A program made the position numbers and the translations under genes. DNA of 64,000 nucleotides from Bugula neritina. Its lineage: Eukaryota; Animalia; Bryozoa. Below are positions 60,839-64,000 of the stretch, one piece after another. The notes under the pieces are model-generated. The model worked only from the letters and a program-made list of their open reading frames with translations. It made no database searches and was not told the DNA's origin. The DNA lies in assembly GCA_964035545.1 (NCBI GenBank), contig OZ037773.1, positions 6,787,751 through 6,851,750 on the forward strand, written 5' to 3'. The stretch's first letter is position 1. Each line of letters begins with the position of its first letter.

Positions 60839-63800
60839 CTGCTTCTACCAATATAATAAAACATAGCCGTGATCACAGCTTACAACAGCAGGACTTGTGA
60901 ATAAGCTACTTTTATTACCATTAGTTTTCAAGGCTTCTAAAATAACTGCTATTTGATTGAGTGAAATCTTAAAGTTGATTATATAACCAATATATACTTT
61001 TTTATATAAGAATGATATGTATTATTCTATATTAGCATAACAATTTTTATTCACATTAAAACTGTTTTTTAATTATTACATTTAAATATATTAAAATATA
61101 TTGCAGGAATAAATAAACTAGCAACACCAAATGTACATTATTCAAGGTCTTATTGAAAAAATACCAACTCTTGTTTTTTAGACGTAATCAAACAAATTTT
61201 TATGAAAGCTGCCTACTTAAATTTCGTTTTTTAATGAAATGTGCTAAATAGCTATGCTATGAATCAACCCAAGTAGGTTTTAAATAGTTTCCCAGATAAT
61301 ATGAACTATTGATTATTCGTAAGACCGTCAGCTATATGTTATGCTATTGTTATGTAAGATCACTAACTGATTACATAATCATATAAAAACAACATATAAA
61401 CTATCAATGGTTATTTAAATTAACATCTATTAAAATAATAATTTCTTTAACATTGATGTGGTTGATTTAATCTAATACAATCATATTTTTTACTTTAAGT
61501 GACTAACCTTATTTATTTTTTGCATAATGAGCTCAGAGGTATGTTCTAAAATGTCATCTTTCATTATAAATTAGTTTTACATTTACTTCAATATTATATA
61601 GAGAATACTATTCTATTATGAAGCAATAGCAGGATTTCAAATAATCATGCAGAATAATTGCTGTTTACTGGTGATGGTAGGTAACACAGAAATGTAATCT
61701 ACTGGAAAATAATGTTTCAAGTTTTGATAAAATTTCAATAGATGAATTTGACTGGCTATTTAATGGCCTATAAATAGTGTGGCAACATGCAGCTGTGTAC
61801 AGGTTTTGGTAATAAAAGTAGAATCATAAATTATAATAAATGTTGTTTACATGTAGAAAAACAAGATATAAACTAAACTAAAATCTTGGGATTCCAAAAA
61901 AATCTAATAATAGCAGTAATGAAAACAACTTTAGTAAGTAAAGGAAAAAAATGCACACATTAAACTAGCTTACGAAAGACATAGACTGAAATGCAAGAGC
62001 TTTAAAATAAATAAATTGGTAATATGAGCTTCATATAAAAAATAATAGGAATGAAACTTTTCACTATTCTTTGCATATTATACGATTACACACCGTGCAT
62101 GTAGGAAGATAAGTTCAATACAAACATATGTATTATGAGATTATGACTGTATTACAAATATTTAAACATTTTATATTTTTTCATATTGTGAATTATTAAA
62201 AGCCAATTAACATTTTAATGCTTCTAAAACTAACATGTTGACATATAATGATGTTCACATATAAATACTGGATTGTTATAAATACCCTCATTAACCACAA
62301 TTTGACTGTGCACCAAAACTTTTATGAGGCTGCATGTTCCAGTTTTTAGCTGTTCTTAAAATTATCTCAAGTTATTATATCTTATAAGATTAGTTTTATA
62401 GGCGTAGCTTATTTTTGTTTACAAACTAGCAGAAACTGGTTATGCATGAAAACAATAACTGATGTGTCACCATGATTAAATCAATTAGCATGGAGTCATA
62501 TAGAGCCAAGTTGAGTCATTCAAAAATATGGGAATTCAAAAGATTTATTGAAGAAAATTCTGTATATAACGGTATGGGTAACATATTGGTATAATAATAA
62601 TTATATGCAATTAGCCTAAGAACATTTGCAGTCAACAACAAGCTCTAATATTGATACTAATTACATAGACCACTGATAATTTATATTTACATTTTACAGG
62701 AATGGCTGAAATTGGGTGAAGTTTGCAGATCGAAACTGTCAAATTGATTTAATTTAATTCACTCTTTACTCTGCGTGATTGAAGGTTGAAATTCCCCTAA
62801 ACATTTCCTGATAGACTTTTAAACTAGAAGGAAGTGAGAAATTGAACTGTCACTCGCCCAGCCACCTGCTAGCTAAGATGAAGAAAATTTGCCTCTACTG
62901 TTGATTGATTTGATTTTAAATCAACAAATCACAGTGAGTAATGGGTGATTTATATTCATTTATATGTCCACCCTATTCAATTAGTAGACAGGTCTACTGT
63001 CTCACGTTAGAAACCAGGAAATTGAGTAATTCAATTAATCATTGTGGACAGAAATTTCAGTTGAAGCAATGGCATTCGCGTGCATATATCAAAAGCTAAG
63101 TGTACGTGTACACTATTCAAGTATAGAGCTCGGAAATAAGGAAGCAGGAATAACGGGTCATGCTAATACGGCTACCTAAACTGTAATAAATAAATACCAG
63201 AGCGTACAACCAATTATATTGTGTGGAGCAAAGACTCACATTGACTCAACAAAACTGCAACTGGTTGCAAAATAATTCAATCCATATAAATGAGGGTTGT
63301 ACAGAGTAGGATAAAATTACTTTTTTAGTATTTATACTAAATAAAACTACAATATCAAAAATATATTGCTGCATACAATTAGCATTTCAGAAAACAAAGC
63401 CACACTAGTGACAGCAACTCTAAGATGAAAAGAAGACTCTTAAAGAAAAGAAGCATTGGTTCCAAATTTTGTTGTTATATAGAATACTAGTTTTATAAAA
63501 TTTATTGTTTATTATAATATTATTCAGTCTGTCTACATGTTATGTGATTGGATTTCTAACTCGAATCATGGGAACATATTATAGTGAATGAAACATCAAA
63601 CCAGCAATACATTAAATTTATTGTTGGTAACAGCTTGAGAATATGTTTTATAAGGATACGTAAATAACTCATAGCACCCTGGCTATAGTAAACACTGTGC
63701 TACTGTTCTTTCAAGAAGAGCTTTTGTGCCAGGGGCACACCATGATAAGCAATGTTGGACAACGAAAATGCACGATTGAATTCAAAATGTATTTGGAAAG

Positions 63801-64000
63801 CGCTTATTTTTATCCTTGGTTTTATAGCTGTACTTTAGTAAGTATAACTATAAAATACAAAGTCATCAATAGTTTAAACTAAGAAACATTTAATATTGTT
63901 TTAGTCTGAGAAATACGTCAGAAGGGTAGTTTTTGTCGTAGATAAAGTGAATGTTATTTATTCAAATTCCAAGGAAGATATTTTGCACGCAGATGTTTAT

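Larger units (their letters stand above)
54112..63100 (+). repeat. Tandem segmental duplication 2: unit ~54112-58541 and unit ~58542-63100
   Basis: Both units begin GGTCAAGAGTT..CATCT and end ..TGGCATT.G.GTGCATATATCAAAA. Each carries one family-B gene with collinear flanks. Confidence 0.9.

Noticed and set aside
60869-60901. SECIS element for B2
   Set aside because: AA-to-GA spacing too short, poor helix pairing, and located downstream of an AATAAA; not claimed without a covariance-model search.
40859-63100. Duplications as uncollapsed haplotypes or assembly artefact
   Set aside because: Copies differ by many substitutions, indels and copy-specific insertions and have clean tandem junctions; read depth would confirm.

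Overview
AT-rich, intron-dense animal (invertebrate-like) genomic DNA; the species cannot be determined from sequence alone. Left to right: (1) a complete ~32-exon minus-strand tubulin polyglutamylase TTLL5 gene (CDS 978-25333); (2) head-to-head with it, across a ~2 kb shared promoter region, an 18-exon INTS7 gene (27324-36759); (3) a compact 9-exon RhoGAP gene (38460-42260); (4) a tandem cluster of four 3-exon genes that I do not recognise, encoding secreted, furin-site-rich, Pro/Gly-repeat proteins with a shared cysteine skeleton ending in C-x-x-V-P-D-[IV]-I-C-stop. The cluster was built by two tandem duplications (~40.9-54.1 kb and ~54.1-63.1 kb). The first duplication also copied RhoGAP exons 7-9, now decayed and hit by a solo LTR. 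Most notable: the secreted family (including a Cys-bracketed (Gly-X-Y)13 tract, a TGA at a conserved Cys, and a TAG/micro-exon ambiguity kept in both A copies), and a recurring pattern of intronic minisatellites built from the splice sites themselves, up to ~39 AG|GT copies before an INTS7 exon. Exon boundaries were derived by hand from GT-AG sites and frame continuity; family assignments rest on recalled motifs, not database searches.
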